Under the pieces are notes generated by a model. That model was given only the letters and a program-made list of their open reading frames with translations. It was not told the DNA's origin and ran no database searches. From a virus, in IMG/VR virus record IMGVR_UViG_3300045988_181101: a DNA stretch of 64,000 nucleotides; one strand, given 5' to 3'. Positions 63,442 through 64,000 of this stretch are shown piece after piece. Each line of letters opens with the position of its first letter. The first letter of the stretch is position 1. The translations under genes were made by a program, and so were the position numbers.

Positions 63442-63963
63442 TTAAAAATTCATTCTACGTCCATATTCAGCCATAAGTAAACTGTCAGAAAAGTTATCAT
63501 CTTCATTCTTACATTTATTTGTTCTTCTAAGATCTACAGTAGGAAAAATTCTATGAGAAGCTAAGAAGCTCATTTTCTTTGTATCAATAACTTGAGTTTT
63601 ACCTGTTGTAGAAGGTTTTGTTATCACATTAATTCCTCTAAACATTTCTTTTTGCCAAATCTTGGGATTTACTTTTGTATAAGGTAACCCGATTGTAGCA
63701 ATAACACCTTCGATTAATCCTGCTATAAATCCAAAGTTAAATGTTCCTTTTGCTGAACTACCGAAAATTGCGTGTATATTCTCAATTATAACATGACAAT
63801 TATCTTCATACTTAGAAAGGTTTAATAATGTATTACTTATTTCGACTGCATCTACATTTTTCGCATTTTTCAATAAAAAAAATGATTCTATGAATTTTCC
63901 AGTTTCATCTACAATCGAGATACAACCTTTAACACCGGGGTCTATACCTATATAATATTTCAT
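63442..63963 (-). CDS. RuvC-like Holliday junction resolvase
   Basis: N-terminal YIGIDPGVKGCISIV, VIIENIH acidic motif and C-terminal DNFSDSLLMAEYG. Confidence 0.7.
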   Translation of the reverse strand: MKYYIGIDPGVKGCISIVDETGKFIESFFLLKNAKNVDAVEISNTLLNLSKYEDNCHVIIENIHAIFGSSAKGTFNFGFIAGLIEGVIATIGLPYTKVNPKIWQKEMFRGINVITKPSTTGKTQVIDTKKMSFLASHRIFPTVDLRRTNKCKNEDDNFSDSLLMAEYGRRMNF

Positions 63964-64000
63964 ACTTCTAATCTACTTACTCCATTTTCTTTAATAACGC
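63960..64000 (-). CDS. 3' end of an upstream gene (start beyond window)
   Basis: The frame ...VIKENGVSRLEV ends in a TGA that forms an ATGA overlap with the resolvase start. An alternative frame stops at 63977-63979. Confidence 0.3.
   Translation of the reverse strand, partial: VIKENGVSRLEV

Noticed and set aside
1-64000. Stop-codon reassignment (TAG or TGA recoding), as seen in some gut phages
   Set aside because: Long uninterrupted ORFs with intact motifs are obtained with the standard code throughout. Both tRNAs have sense anticodons (UAA and UUG), not suppressor anticodons.
1-64000. Lysogeny module, integrase, or an invertase for the flip-flop cassette
   Set aside because: No ORF shows tyrosine-recombinase (R...HxxR...Y) or serine-recombinase (N-terminal S with a resolvase fold) signatures by eye. 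Absence within this window cannot exclude one elsewhere.

Overview
This window is a contiguous 64-kb stretch of an AT-rich tailed dsDNA phage. Hand counts of sample lines give about 28-32% GC. The gene set is of the contractile-tail (myovirus) type. The host is most likely a Bacteroidota species, based on BACON-like repeats, a DUF4494-like gene and TTG-N19-22-TAnnTTTA promoter boxes. Essentially every gene lies on the minus strand and packing is tight. In the direction of transcription (high to low coordinates) the modules are as follows. (1) 64.0-50.3 kb, replication and nucleotide metabolism: RuvC-like resolvase, NAD-dependent ligase, SNF2 and UvrD-type helicases, RNase H, class II RNR, QueD-like/P-loop fusion, HNH endonuclease, TGT/DpdA-like protein and a DUF4494-like protein. 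(2) 50.3-40.4 kb: many small early-type ORFs, an ECF-type sigma factor and two tRNAs. (3) 40.4-37.8 kb: a higher-GC accessory island in which two genes are broken at poly-A tracts. (4) 37.6-32.7 kb: fibre and receptor-binding genes, including what looks like an invertible alternative C-terminal cassette. This cassette is the only plus-strand coding potential in the window. (5) 29.4-0 kb: holin, BACON/Ig-like repeat protein, portal and MuF. These are followed by a run of probably virion-associated enzymes (Hint-like protein, Nudix fusion, polyvalent ADP-ribosyltransferase, ADP-ribosylglycohydrolase), then protease, scaffold and major capsid. Next come connector genes interrupted by a GIY-YIG endonuclease, then sheath, tube, an HNH endonuclease, chaperones, tape measure and baseplate. 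No terminase, DNA polymerase, integrase or invertase was recognised in the window. All functional calls come from motif recognition and hand translation or folding. No database search or computation was run.
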